DNA of 64,000 nucleotides from a virus, in IMG/VR virus record IMGVR_UViG_3300032073_000003, positions 55,467-119,466 of that record; one strand, given 5' to 3'. Under the pieces are notes generated by a model. It was not told the origin of the DNA and ran no database searches. It saw nothing but the letters and a program-made list of their open reading frames with translations. Numbering within the stretch: the first letter of the stretch is position 1; every line of letters begins with the position of its first letter. A program made the translations under genes and the position numbers. Positions 26,765 to 35,313 of the stretch are shown here, piece after piece.

Positions 26765-27069
26765 AAGACTACACTCAAGAAGAAGTGCTTAAGTCTTTAT
26801 TGAACATCAAAAAAAAATCCAGAAAAAGAGAATTAGTAGATAAAAGAAGCTATCTAATAAGTATTCTTGCTTTTAAATTTAACCTAACAGAATATGAAAT
26901 AGCTGATCTTACTGGATTTAATAGAAATACTGTTCATTATAATAAAAATTTACCAGTTAGATTACATAAAGATTTTCAATATATGGAAAATGTTTATTCA
27001 CTTGCGCAAAAATATCCATTTGATCACAGTGAAATTGTAATAAAGGAATATAATTATTATAAAATATAA
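26761..27069 (+). CDS. HTH protein resembling the DnaA C-terminal domain
   Basis: RELVDKRSYL...LTEYEIADLTGFNRNTVHY. Confidence 0.55.
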   Translation: MKDYTQEEVLKSLLNIKKKSRKRELVDKRSYLISILAFKFNLTEYEIADLTGFNRNTVHYNKNLPVRLHKDFQYMENVYSLAQKYPFDHSEIVIKEYNYYKI

Positions 27070-27073
27070 AGAT

Positions 27074-27316
27074 ATGGGACACATGAAAGAAATGTATATT
27101 AATATATGCAATGCAAATAATGGAGAAATACCATACGATTTAACAATATCTGATATAGCTTTAATGAAAGATTTAGAAGTTTATGAATGGTATAGTTACT
27201 GTAAATACAAAAAAGAAATAGGAAATATAAAAGTATATATAGATAAACAAGAAATCTATGATATAGAAGATTTTACTACTACAAGATGGAAACATCAAAA
27301 AAAATACAAAAAATAA
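27074..27316 (+). CDS. Hypothetical protein
   Basis: 80 aa ORF. Confidence 0.55.
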   Translation: MGHMKEMYINICNANNGEIPYDLTISDIALMKDLEVYEWYSYCKYKKEIGNIKVYIDKQEIYDIEDFTTTRWKHQKKYKK

Positions 27317-27318
27317 TA

Positions 27319-27735
27319 ATGGTACAATTTAAAAATGTAAAATTAAAAAAACTTGTACATAATATATGTGAAGAACATTATAATATTTGTAATATTACCG
27401 ACACTAATTTAGGTTATTTATGGTATATGTATTACAACGGAAAGTATAAAGGTTATTTTAAACCTTTTATATTTTTAGCTGAAATTAATTTATTAGTAAA
27501 ATTAAATTATCTTACAAAAGATGAAAAATCAAATATTATTCAACTTATGGTTAGTACAGATAATGATAATATGATTATAGCTGGTTTTAGTGTAGAAACG
27601 TTAAGAGATCAAAGAATTAAAGATTTAGGTGAGTATACTCAAGATAATGATTTATATAAACATATAAATTATAGTAATGATGTTATTAAGCCTGAAGATT
27701 TTTTAACTACTCTTGCTCAAGATGTAAAAATGTAA
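27319..27735 (+). CDS. Hypothetical protein
   Basis: ORF; ATG 27319 follows the previous stop. Confidence 0.6.
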   Translation: MVQFKNVKLKKLVHNICEEHYNICNITDTNLGYLWYMYYNGKYKGYFKPFIFLAEINLLVKLNYLTKDEKSNIIQLMVSTDNDNMIIAGFSVETLRDQRIKDLGEYTQDNDLYKHINYSNDVIKPEDFLTTLAQDVKM

Positions 27736-27738
27736 ATT

Positions 27739-27984
27739 ATGAAAAATAATACAATTTCAAAATTAGAAAATCATTTAAATGATCAAATTAAAAGATTTTC
27801 AAAATTTCCTGATGAATATACTGCAGGACGTATAGATGCTTTAATAAGAACTAAATTATTTCTTAATGAATTATTAGAATCAAATTATGATTTTTTAGAT
27901 GAATTAGTGAAATTACATTCTAATGATCAAATTTTAGGTAAAAAAATTAGAAAATTAATAAATGAAAAAAATAAAAATTCTTAA
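27739..27984 (+). CDS. Hypothetical protein
   Basis: 81 aa ORF. Confidence 0.55.
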   Translation: MKNNTISKLENHLNDQIKRFSKFPDEYTAGRIDALIRTKLFLNELLESNYDFLDELVKLHSNDQILGKKIRKLINEKNKNS

Positions 27985-28330
27985 AATATTATTAATACTA
28001 TTACCAATAATTGGTATTAGTCAAACTAAACAAGAAGTATATGATTACTTAATAGAGATTAATTGTAAACATCCTAAAATAGTAACAGCTCAAGCTATAC
28101 TAGAAACAGGACATTTTAAATCTTATAGTTGTAAAAAAAGACATAATTTATTTGGATTAAGGTATAATCATAAGTATCTTATTTTTGATAACTGGAAAGA
28201 AAGTTGTGATGCTTATTTATCTAAAATACAATACAAATATAAAGAAGGTGACTATTATATTTTTCTAAATGAATTAGGATATGCTACTGATCCTGATTAT
28301 ATTAATAAAATTAAAAATATAAAATTATGA
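27962..28330 (+). CDS. Secreted glucosaminidase/FlgJ-like peptidoglycan hydrolase
   Basis: Signal peptide (…LLPIIGIS|Q); AQAILETG, NLFGL, YATDPDYINK motifs. Confidence 0.85.
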   Translation: MKKIKILKILLILLPIIGISQTKQEVYDYLIEINCKHPKIVTAQAILETGHFKSYSCKKRHNLFGLRYNHKYLIFDNWKESCDAYLSKIQYKYKEGDYYIFLNELGYATDPDYINKIKNIKL

Positions 28331-29187
28331 AAGTAAAATCTGTAGTAAGAAAGAGTATGAAAATTAGAGAGTCTGGAAGAAGTTCTGATTATATCACACC
28401 TTCTTTTGGCTATGGTTGTTTATTTAATTGTTCATATTGTTATATGAAAAGACATTTGCCTAAAGGATTAACAGTAGCTAATAATCCAGGAGACATATTA
28501 ACTAAAATAAACAATCATGTTTATTTCTTAGCAGATGTAAAAAAACCTAATCAAACTCATAGTAAATATGTTACATATGATATAAGTTGTAATGAAGACT
28601 TTGCGCTTCATTCTAAACATCATAATTGGAAATACATATTTGAGTTTTTTAAAGATCACCCAAAAGCATTAGGTACTTTTGCAACTAAAACTATTCCTAT
28701 AAAATTTTTAGAATTTGACCCAAAAAAGAAAATAAGAATAAGATTTAGTCTTATGCCTCAGAACATAGCTGATAAGCTAGAACCAAACACTGCTAAAATC
28801 ATAGATAGAATAAAAGCTGTTGATGCTTTTATAGAAGCAGGTTATGATGTTCATTTAAATTTTTCACCAGTTGTAGTTTATGATAAGTGGTTAGAAGATT
28901 ATGATTTACTGTTTAGGATGTGTAACGATTATATAGAAAATAAAGAAGAAGTTTTATCTGAAGTTATATTTTTAACACATAATGCAAACAAACATCAGTA
29001 TAATTTAGATAATAATTTAGATGGTGAAGACTTATTGTGGACACCAGAGAATCAAGAAAATAAAACATCTCAGTACGGTGGAGTAAACATAAGGTATAAA
29101 CATAATCTTAAAAGACAGTACATAAAAGAATGGTATGCACTGCATACTAAAATTATACCTTGGAACACAATCAGATATATATTTTAA
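28327..29187 (+). CDS. Spore photoproduct lyase-like radical SAM enzyme
   Basis: GCLFNCSYCY (CxxxCxxC), DISCNEDF, RIRFSL, HLNFSP motifs. Confidence 0.85.
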   Translation: MKVKSVVRKSMKIRESGRSSDYITPSFGYGCLFNCSYCYMKRHLPKGLTVANNPGDILTKINNHVYFLADVKKPNQTHSKYVTYDISCNEDFALHSKHHNWKYIFEFFKDHPKALGTFATKTIPIKFLEFDPKKKIRIRFSLMPQNIADKLEPNTAKIIDRIKAVDAFIEAGYDVHLNFSPVVVYDKWLEDYDLLFRMCNDYIENKEEVLSEVIFLTHNANKHQYNLDNNLDGEDLLWTPENQENKTSQYGGVNIRYKHNLKRQYIKEWYALHTKIIPWNTIRYIF

Positions 29188-29189
29188 AA

Positions 29190-29597
29190 ATGAATACACA
29201 AGACTTTCAACTAATATCAACACATCCTATTAAGAAGTCTGACTTAGGATTTCATGGAAACTTATTTGGAGGAAAACTATTAGCCTGGTTAGATGCAGCT
29301 GGAGCAGCATTTGCTTCTCAGGTATGTGATAGTCCAAGAATGGTAACTATAAAAATAGATGAATGTCTATTTAAAAGAGTATCTAAAGAAGGTCAGCTTC
29401 TAAAGATATACGGTAAGGTTCATGCGTTTGGAAATACATCAGTAACCCTGCTATTAGAATGTAGAGCTCACAATGTATATACAGGAAAGCAAACATCAGT
29501 GCTAACAACTAATATAAAGTTTGTTAGAATAGATGAGAACGGTGATGCTATACCAATATCTGATAGAGTTAAGAATAAATTAAACCAAAACAAATAG
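29190..29597 (+). CDS. Hotdog-fold acyl-CoA thioesterase (YciA-like)
   Basis: DLGFHGNLFGGKLLAWLD...VT...F.RIDENG. Confidence 0.88.
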   Translation: MNTQDFQLISTHPIKKSDLGFHGNLFGGKLLAWLDAAGAAFASQVCDSPRMVTIKIDECLFKRVSKEGQLLKIYGKVHAFGNTSVTLLLECRAHNVYTGKQTSVLTTNIKFVRIDENGDAIPISDRVKNKLNQNK

Positions 29598-29599
29598 TT

Positions 29600-29791
29600 A
29601 TGCCAGATATAAGTATGTGCAAAAACGATAAATGCAAGTTCAAAGAAGACTGCTTTAGATTCACAGCAATACCAAGTGAATTTATGCAGGTTTATGGAGA
29701 GTTTGACTGCAAGGATAAGGATGGAATAGACACATTCTTTTGGAGGAATGGTATACCAAGTGTTAACCCTAAAAATAAAGAAGATGAATAA
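29600..29791 (+). CDS. Small Cys-rich phage protein
   Basis: MPDISMCKNDKCKFKEDCFRF. Confidence 0.65.
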   Translation: MPDISMCKNDKCKFKEDCFRFTAIPSEFMQVYGEFDCKDKDGIDTFFWRNGIPSVNPKNKEDE

Positions 29792-29936
29792 CCCATTTAG
29801 AAAAAATGAATTAGAACAAATGTTAGAGTTCATTAAAGAGAATCCCCACGTATTGAATCCAATAGGTGCAGAAGGTAAGATTACATCAAGTCCATTAGTG
29901 CAATACATATTAGAAAGATTGCATGGATTAGACTAA
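29784..29936 (+). CDS. Small hypothetical protein
   Basis: ATG 29784 overlaps the previous ORF end (MNNPFRKNE...). Confidence 0.55.
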   Translation: MNNPFRKNELEQMLEFIKENPHVLNPIGAEGKITSSPLVQYILERLHGLD

Positions 29937-29943
29937 AGCAAAT

Positions 29944-30192
29944 ATGACTGAACAAGAATTAATATCACTAGGCTTTAAAAAGAACACAGAAGAAGATCTT
30001 GATGGATCATTTTACTACTACACGCTAGACATAGTAGAAGGACTATATTGTATTACAGATGCAAGTGATGAGGTTGAGAATGATGAATGGACTGTAGAGT
30101 TAAGCTTTGATTGTATCCCAAGAATAAAGTTCAGGGATGTTAAGTCACTGACTGAGCTAATTAATTTATTAAACCAAAACAAAGATGAGTAA
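29944..30192 (+). CDS. Small hypothetical protein (paralogue of 31430-31699)
   Basis: MTEQELISLGFKK...FYYY vs MTEKELIKLKFKK...FYFY; both contain S.EVE...W. Confidence 0.65.
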   Translation: MTEQELISLGFKKNTEEDLDGSFYYYTLDIVEGLYCITDASDEVENDEWTVELSFDCIPRIKFRDVKSLTELINLLNQNKDE

Positions 30193-30325
30193 GGAAAAAC
30201 TTGTTGGTATGATATGTAAAGAGAGGTTGCAAACTCTTGAGGAAAATCCACCCCGTTGCCCGTACAGTAAGGGAATAAAGAAAGTCCTCACACCTTATTC
30301 ATTTATTAAAACAAAACAAAGATGA
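30185..30325 (+). CDS. Small hypothetical protein (46 aa, below the track cutoff)
   Basis: MSKEKLVGMICKERLQTLEENPPRCPYSKGIKKVLTPYSFIKTKQR, between two junction repeats. Confidence 0.5.
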   Translation: MSKEKLVGMICKERLQTLEENPPRCPYSKGIKKVLTPYSFIKTKQR

Positions 30326-30513
30326 GTAAAGCATATGAAAACTCATACAATTTATTAATGGGAGAAACAACCTATGAAGAATTATCTAAAGATGGTATGT
30401 TTTTGTTACCAAAGAATCATGAAGACCCTAGAGTTACAATGCAGTATTTTGAGGAAATAGAAGATTATGATAAATGTATAAAGATTAGAGATAAACAAAA
30501 CAAAGATGAGTAA
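30322..30513 (+). CDS. Small hypothetical protein
   Basis: 63 aa cassette ORF. Confidence 0.65.
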   Translation: MSKAYENSYNLLMGETTYEELSKDGMFLLPKNHEDPRVTMQYFEEIEDYDKCIKIRDKQNKDE

Positions 30514-30688
30514 GATTTCACTATTAGAGTTCTATACTAAATACTTTAAAGTAAATGGCAAAGAACCTACTATAACAGATAAGGATGAATGGTTACTTGA
30601 AAATTTAGAGAGTGGCAATATACAAAGAGTATGGACTCGTAAATATGGGTGGCAATACAAACAATTAAACCAAAACAAAGATGATTAA
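30506..30688 (+). CDS. Small hypothetical protein
   Basis: 60 aa cassette ORF. Confidence 0.6.
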   Translation: MSKISLLEFYTKYFKVNGKEPTITDKDEWLLENLESGNIQRVWTRKYGWQYKQLNQNKDD

Positions 30689-31001
30689 TAGCGGTAGAGA
30701 ATGGGACTGGATGTATGATTTAATTAAAAATGAAAAAGAAATGGCAAAAGATACAAGAAATGAAATAAAAGTAAAGCATCCTGAATATGGACATGTTATA
30801 TTTCACGGTGCAACAGCAAGACAAATAGAAGTATTAGAAAATCTTAGTGATAATTGTACATTAACAGAAGATGTTTTAGCACAAAATAAAATGTTAGGAG
30901 ATATGGTTAGAGATCAAGATAAAATAATACAAAAATTAATAGAAGAAATAAAAGAACTAAAAAAGAATGGAGAAAATCCTTATATTGATTATTTAACCTA
31001 A
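30681..31001 (+). CDS. Hypothetical protein
   Basis: 106 aa, C-terminal coiled coil. Confidence 0.55.
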   Translation: MINSGREWDWMYDLIKNEKEMAKDTRNEIKVKHPEYGHVIFHGATARQIEVLENLSDNCTLTEDVLAQNKMLGDMVRDQDKIIQKLIEEIKELKKNGENPYIDYLT

Positions 31002-31014
31002 TAAAGTTAAAATA

Positions 31015-31185
31015 ATGGAAAAAGATTTAGAAAGTTATAAAAAAATAGATTTTTCAAAAGAATATATGTATAAAAATAAAAAAATATACATTACTCATGA
31101 AACTAAAGATTATATATTATGCTCATTTAGTGATGATAAAAAATCTATCTTTAAATTAAATAAAACTGAATTTAGTTTTAAATAA
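31015..31185 (+). CDS. Small hypothetical protein (56 aa)
   Basis: MEKDLESYKKIDFSKEYMYKNKKIYITHETKDYILCSFSDDKKSIFKLNKTEFSFK. Confidence 0.5.
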   Translation: MEKDLESYKKIDFSKEYMYKNKKIYITHETKDYILCSFSDDKKSIFKLNKTEFSFK

Positions 31186-31429
31186 AACAAAATGAAAATG
31201 AGTAGAGAAAAAAGTTATAAAAATAAAGTTAAAAATGCTTCTAAAATTGTTAAAGTAAACGATGATTTTGAAAAAGCTATTGAAAAACTTTGTAAAAAAT
31301 GGAATGTAAAAAAGACAAAAAATGGGATCAAGTAGAAAATCTAGAAAAGCATATAACTTAGCATGTATAAGCTTATTATTACATGTTATTACAATATTAT
31401 ATTTAATATTAAAAGCAAATGTATAAGCT

Positions 31430-31699
31430 ATGACAGAGAAAGAATTAATAAAATTGAAATTTAAAAAAATAATTATTACTAATGAAGAAAGTAATAATGG
31501 ATATGATTTTTATTTTTATCAAAAACAATATTGTAATGATCTTACTTTATATAGTACAGATAGTCTTGAAGTAGAAGATAATATTTGGAAAATTTCTACA
31601 TGGGAGATTCCTGCAATAAATATAATAACAAAAAAAGATTATAATGCTTTTATTAAAATTTTAGATATTATAATTTGTGATAATATAAATATTGAATAA
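31430..31699 (+). CDS. Small hypothetical protein (paralogue of 29944-30192)
   Basis: Shares the MTE.ELI.L.FKK N-terminus with the 29944 ORF. Confidence 0.65.
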   Translation: MTEKELIKLKFKKIIITNEESNNGYDFYFYQKQYCNDLTLYSTDSLEVEDNIWKISTWEIPAINIITKKDYNAFIKILDIIICDNINIE

Positions 31700-32052
31700 T
31701 GTTTAGTGGAAAATTTATTAAAAAAGATGGTAAATTAATTTACGATAGTCCTAAAGATAAAATATCTTACGATATATTTATTAATAAAATACCCGAAGGA
31801 CAAAAAGTTGAAATGTATATAGATCTTACAGATGTAGATAAAAGTAAAGCTCAATTAGCAAAAGTACATGCATGTATTAGAGAATTAGCAAAAGAATCTG
31901 GTAATACATTTGACGATATGAAAAATATAATTAAAGATGAATCTGGACTTAAAGATAAATCTTTTGCTGATTGCAGTAAAACAGAATTAATGCTTGCTAT
32001 TGAAGCTTGTATTGATATAGGAAGAAATCATTTTAATATGAATCTTAATTAG
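31699..32052 (+). CDS. NinB-like hypothetical protein
   Basis: KSKAQLAKVHACIRELAKESG...MK..IK pattern. Confidence 0.5.
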   Translation: MFSGKFIKKDGKLIYDSPKDKISYDIFINKIPEGQKVEMYIDLTDVDKSKAQLAKVHACIRELAKESGNTFDDMKNIIKDESGLKDKSFADCSKTELMLAIEACIDIGRNHFNMNLN

Positions 32053-32362
32053 ATTTAGGTTCTTCATAACCTTTATCACCTGGTTCAAGAATTTCTTTTT
32101 CTATATATAAATTCTTATCAGTAGCTTGTTTCTCTATTTCAGCAAGTATAAGTATTACAGTATAAAATGCTCGTTGTGTATCATCAAGATTTTCATATTT
32201 ATCATTCATGATTTTCTTGAAATACTCATCACTATTTTTCATTTCATTAATATCCATACTATTAAGAATAGTAAAAGATGCAGCTTTAGCCATTAAATAA
32301 AAACTTTTATTTACTTTAATATCTATTAAAGCATCGTCTTTTAACTCTTTTACTTTTATCAT
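32045..32362 (-). CDS. Hypothetical protein, lone minus-strand gene in the plus-strand block
   Basis: 105 aa; fills a gap with no plus-strand ORF; codon use resembles the other genes. Confidence 0.65.
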   Translation of the reverse strand: MIKVKELKDDALIDIKVNKSFYLMAKAASFTILNSMDINEMKNSDEYFKKIMNDKYENLDDTQRAFYTVILILAEIEKQATDKNLYIEKEILEPGDKGYEEPKSN

Positions 32363-32393
32363 AAAATATAATTTTTACAAAAATAAGAAAAAA

Positions 32394-33080
32394 ATGAACT
32401 TAGAAGAAATTAAACTTAAATTATTTGAAAAATTAAAACCCAGCGGATGGGATAGAGTGTTTAAATCTTTTATATTTAGTTCAGATTTTGATAAGATATT
32501 AACTGATCTTTGGAATCTAACTACAATAGATAAAAGATTTACACCACCTATAAAAGATATATTTAAAGCTTTTGAAGAATGTCCTTATGACAAACTTAAA
32601 GTAGTAATCATAAGTCCAGAACCATATCCTCAATTAGGTATTGCAGATGGTATAGCTTTTAGTTCTTCTAAAACTAATAATTTACCAACTGCGTTGCAAT
32701 ATATGTTTAAAGAATTAAACAGAACTCAATGGGATAGTTTTGATCCAGATCTTAAAAGATGGTCTAATCAAGGAATTTTAATGCTTAATACAGCTTTAAC
32801 AGTTCAAGTAAGTAAAAAAAATACTCATTATGAAATTTGGAAACCATTTACCGCATATTTATTAGATTGGTTAAATAATTTTAATACTGGATTAGTTTAC
32901 GTATATGTAGGTAAAAAAGTTGAAGATTGGTCTGAAGTTACTAATGATAACAATCATAAACTTTTTGTTAAACATCCTACGTCTGCTGCATATAATGGTG
33001 GAGAATGGGATTGTAACAATATATTTCAAAAAATATCTACTTTAACACAAGAAATTAATGGTGAATTTATAAAATGGTAA
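32394..33080 (+). CDS. ung: Family-1 uracil-DNA glycosylase with an altered catalytic loop
   Basis: FKAFEECPYDKLKVVI, ADGIAFS, QGILMLNTALT, HP motifs; GQDPY is replaced by SPEPY. Confidence 0.85.
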   Translation: MNLEEIKLKLFEKLKPSGWDRVFKSFIFSSDFDKILTDLWNLTTIDKRFTPPIKDIFKAFEECPYDKLKVVIISPEPYPQLGIADGIAFSSSKTNNLPTALQYMFKELNRTQWDSFDPDLKRWSNQGILMLNTALTVQVSKKNTHYEIWKPFTAYLLDWLNNFNTGLVYVYVGKKVEDWSEVTNDNNHKLFVKHPTSAAYNGGEWDCNNIFQKISTLTQEINGEFIKW

Positions 33081-33670
33081 TTATGACAGAAATATTTAAT
33101 TTAATGACTAAAGAAGGACTAACTCCAAATTGCTTTTATGTTTTATATTGCATAAAAGAAAAAATTGTTCCTACAGATATTATAAATAAAAAATTAGAAT
33201 GTAAAAAATTAATTAATCAAGAATGGATAACACCAGATTTGCAATTAACTAACAAAAGTATTATCTTTACAACTAAGGTTGACGGATATTTTAAAAAATC
33301 TAAAAAGAAAACTTCTAAAAACTTAATGGGAAATAATTTTATGCAAAATATAGATGCATATGTCAAAATATTCCCTAATAAAAAATTATCATCTGGTAAA
33401 TATGCTAGAATACCTGCTAAAAGTTTAGAAAATGGATTTAGATGGTTTTTTGAAAATTACAACTATGATTGGCAAACTATTTTTACAGCTACACAAAAGT
33501 ATGTAAATGAGTACGCAACTAAAAATTATGAATATATGAGAAATTCTCAATATTTTTTAAGAAAACAAAATATAGATAAATCTTGGAATTCAGATTTAGC
33601 TGTATATTGTGAATATTTAAATGATATTCCTGAAAATGATGAAAATCCATTTGAGGAATTAATAGTATAA
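33074..33670 (+). CDS. Conserved crAss-like replication-associated protein
   Basis: 198 aa, directly upstream of the DnaB-like helicase. Confidence 0.5.
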   Translation: MVIMTEIFNLMTKEGLTPNCFYVLYCIKEKIVPTDIINKKLECKKLINQEWITPDLQLTNKSIIFTTKVDGYFKKSKKKTSKNLMGNNFMQNIDAYVKIFPNKKLSSGKYARIPAKSLENGFRWFFENYNYDWQTIFTATQKYVNEYATKNYEYMRNSQYFLRKQNIDKSWNSDLAVYCEYLNDIPENDENPFEELIV

Positions 33671-33680
33671 ACAAAATAAT

Positions 33681-34688
33681 ATGCCAAAACTTTTTGAAGG
33701 TGCAAAGCACTTATTACCAGTTAGTGAGAGAGAAAGTTTAGAAAAAGGTCTTATTAAAATTAAAGCAAGAAGAGAAGGTAAATTACCCGCTTTACTTAGT
33801 TCTTGGCCTAAATTTAATGATGCCTTTTGTGATGGGCTTGAATGGAAAACAATTACAGTAGTAGGTGCAAGACCTGGTACAGGTAAAACACTTTTTTTAG
33901 ACCAATTAGTTTCTGATATTGTTGAAAAAAATACTAATCAAGTATTTAGAGTTCTTAAATTTCAAATGGAAATGGTAGATGAAACTAGTGCTATAAGAAA
34001 ATTTAGTTTAATTACAGGTTCTGATTATAATACATTAATGAGTAAAGATGGAAAATTAGTAGATAGAAATATTTACGATAAATGTGTGCAATATTATCAT
34101 CAAACTTCTAAGAGTGATATTATAAATGTAATTTATGATGTATGTACTGTTAAAGAAATGTGCGCATCAATTCATTATGAATTTGAAAGACATAAAAAAA
34201 AAGATGGTACATATCAAAACATGGTTGTTACTATAGATCACTCAGCTTTATTTGCAGTTGATTATGGTCAAAAAGACAAATTTGGAATGTTAGGGGCATT
34301 AGGAGAAGCATTAACTATGATGAAAAAGAAATATCCTGTTGCATTTGTAGTATTAAGTCAATTAAATAGGAATATTGATGACCCTAAAAGACAAATAGAA
34401 GGTACTTATGGTAATTATGTTTTAGATTCTGATATTTATGGTTCAGATGCTTTATTACAGCATGCAGATATTGTAATGGGTATAAATAAACCTTCTATAA
34501 GAAAAATAAGAAAGTATGGACCTGAAAAATTTATTATTGAAGATCCAGATACTTTAGTATTTCATTTTTTAAAATCAAGAAATGGTACAGTCAGAACTAG
34601 TTTCTTTAAATTAGATAGACAAACCATGAGGATAATAGAAATGAATACACCAGCAAGAGAAACAATAAAAACAATGAACCAATATTAA
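33681..34688 (+). CDS. dnaB: Replicative DnaB-like (SF4) helicase
   Basis: VGARPGTGKT, FQMEM, VTIDH, LSQLNR, GSDALLQHAD, KSRNG. Confidence 0.92.
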   Translation: MPKLFEGAKHLLPVSERESLEKGLIKIKARREGKLPALLSSWPKFNDAFCDGLEWKTITVVGARPGTGKTLFLDQLVSDIVEKNTNQVFRVLKFQMEMVDETSAIRKFSLITGSDYNTLMSKDGKLVDRNIYDKCVQYYHQTSKSDIINVIYDVCTVKEMCASIHYEFERHKKKDGTYQNMVVTIDHSALFAVDYGQKDKFGMLGALGEALTMMKKKYPVAFVVLSQLNRNIDDPKRQIEGTYGNYVLDSDIYGSDALLQHADIVMGINKPSIRKIRKYGPEKFIIEDPDTLVFHFLKSRNGTVRTSFFKLDRQTMRIIEMNTPARETIKTMNQY

Positions 34689-34698
34689 ATAATATGAA

Positions 34699-35313
34699 AT
34701 GAGTAGTTTAAGAAAAGAAAAAGAACGAGAGTTTTATACATATCATATGGATACTTTTAAAGCAATAGGTATTGCTGATCCATTTTTTACTATTAAAACT
34801 GCCTTTTTTAAGAAAGGTAAATATGGTAGACAATGTCAATTTTTTGAATGGGAATTGAGAAAACAAGAAGATATATATATTGAATTTTATGATAATGTTT
34901 ATGATGACAATGGTAAAAATAAAAATATGATACCAATGAATGAGGATAGACAATTATTTAAACTTAAATATAATCCTTATTATGAAGAAGAACATGATAT
35001 AATTGAAGGAACTGATTATCAAGGTAATCCTGATAGAAAATATTTAATTCCTATAAATGAAATGTCTGTAGTATTAAAAAGTGGTCAAGAAATTAGCTAT
35101 TCTTTATATGAAAAAAGAAAAGAAGATGCTAAATCAGAAATTCCTGAATTACAAAAATCTACTACATTATTTCCTGATTTTGAGCAAGAATTTGCATTAA
35201 AAAAGGAAGATGATAATAAAGATTCTGATTTAAAAAGTGTATTATTAAAACTAAGTCATGAAATATCTAACTTGAGTAGTATTTTAGAGGCTAAAATCCA
35301 TAAATTAAAATGA
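34699..35313 (+). CDS. Conserved hypothetical protein
   Basis: 204 aa ORF in the replication operon. Confidence 0.65.
   Translation: MSSLRKEKEREFYTYHMDTFKAIGIADPFFTIKTAFFKKGKYGRQCQFFEWELRKQEDIYIEFYDNVYDDNGKNKNMIPMNEDRQLFKLKYNPYYEEEHDIIEGTDYQGNPDRKYLIPINEMSVVLKSGQEISYSLYEKRKEDAKSEIPELQKSTTLFPDFEQEFALKKEDDNKDSDLKSVLLKLSHEISNLSSILEAKIHKLK

Larger units (their letters stand above)
30169..30684 (+). repeat. Four junction repeats (T)TAAA(C/A)CAAAACAAAGATGA linking small ORFs
   Basis: Copies at 30169, 30306, 30492 and 30665; partial copy at 29580; each full copy carries the next ATG. Confidence 0.85.

Noticed and set aside
30169-30684. CRISPR-like mini-array
   Set aside because: Spacers are 120-170 nt protein-coding ORFs, the repeats are non-palindromic and degenerate, and there is no cas context.
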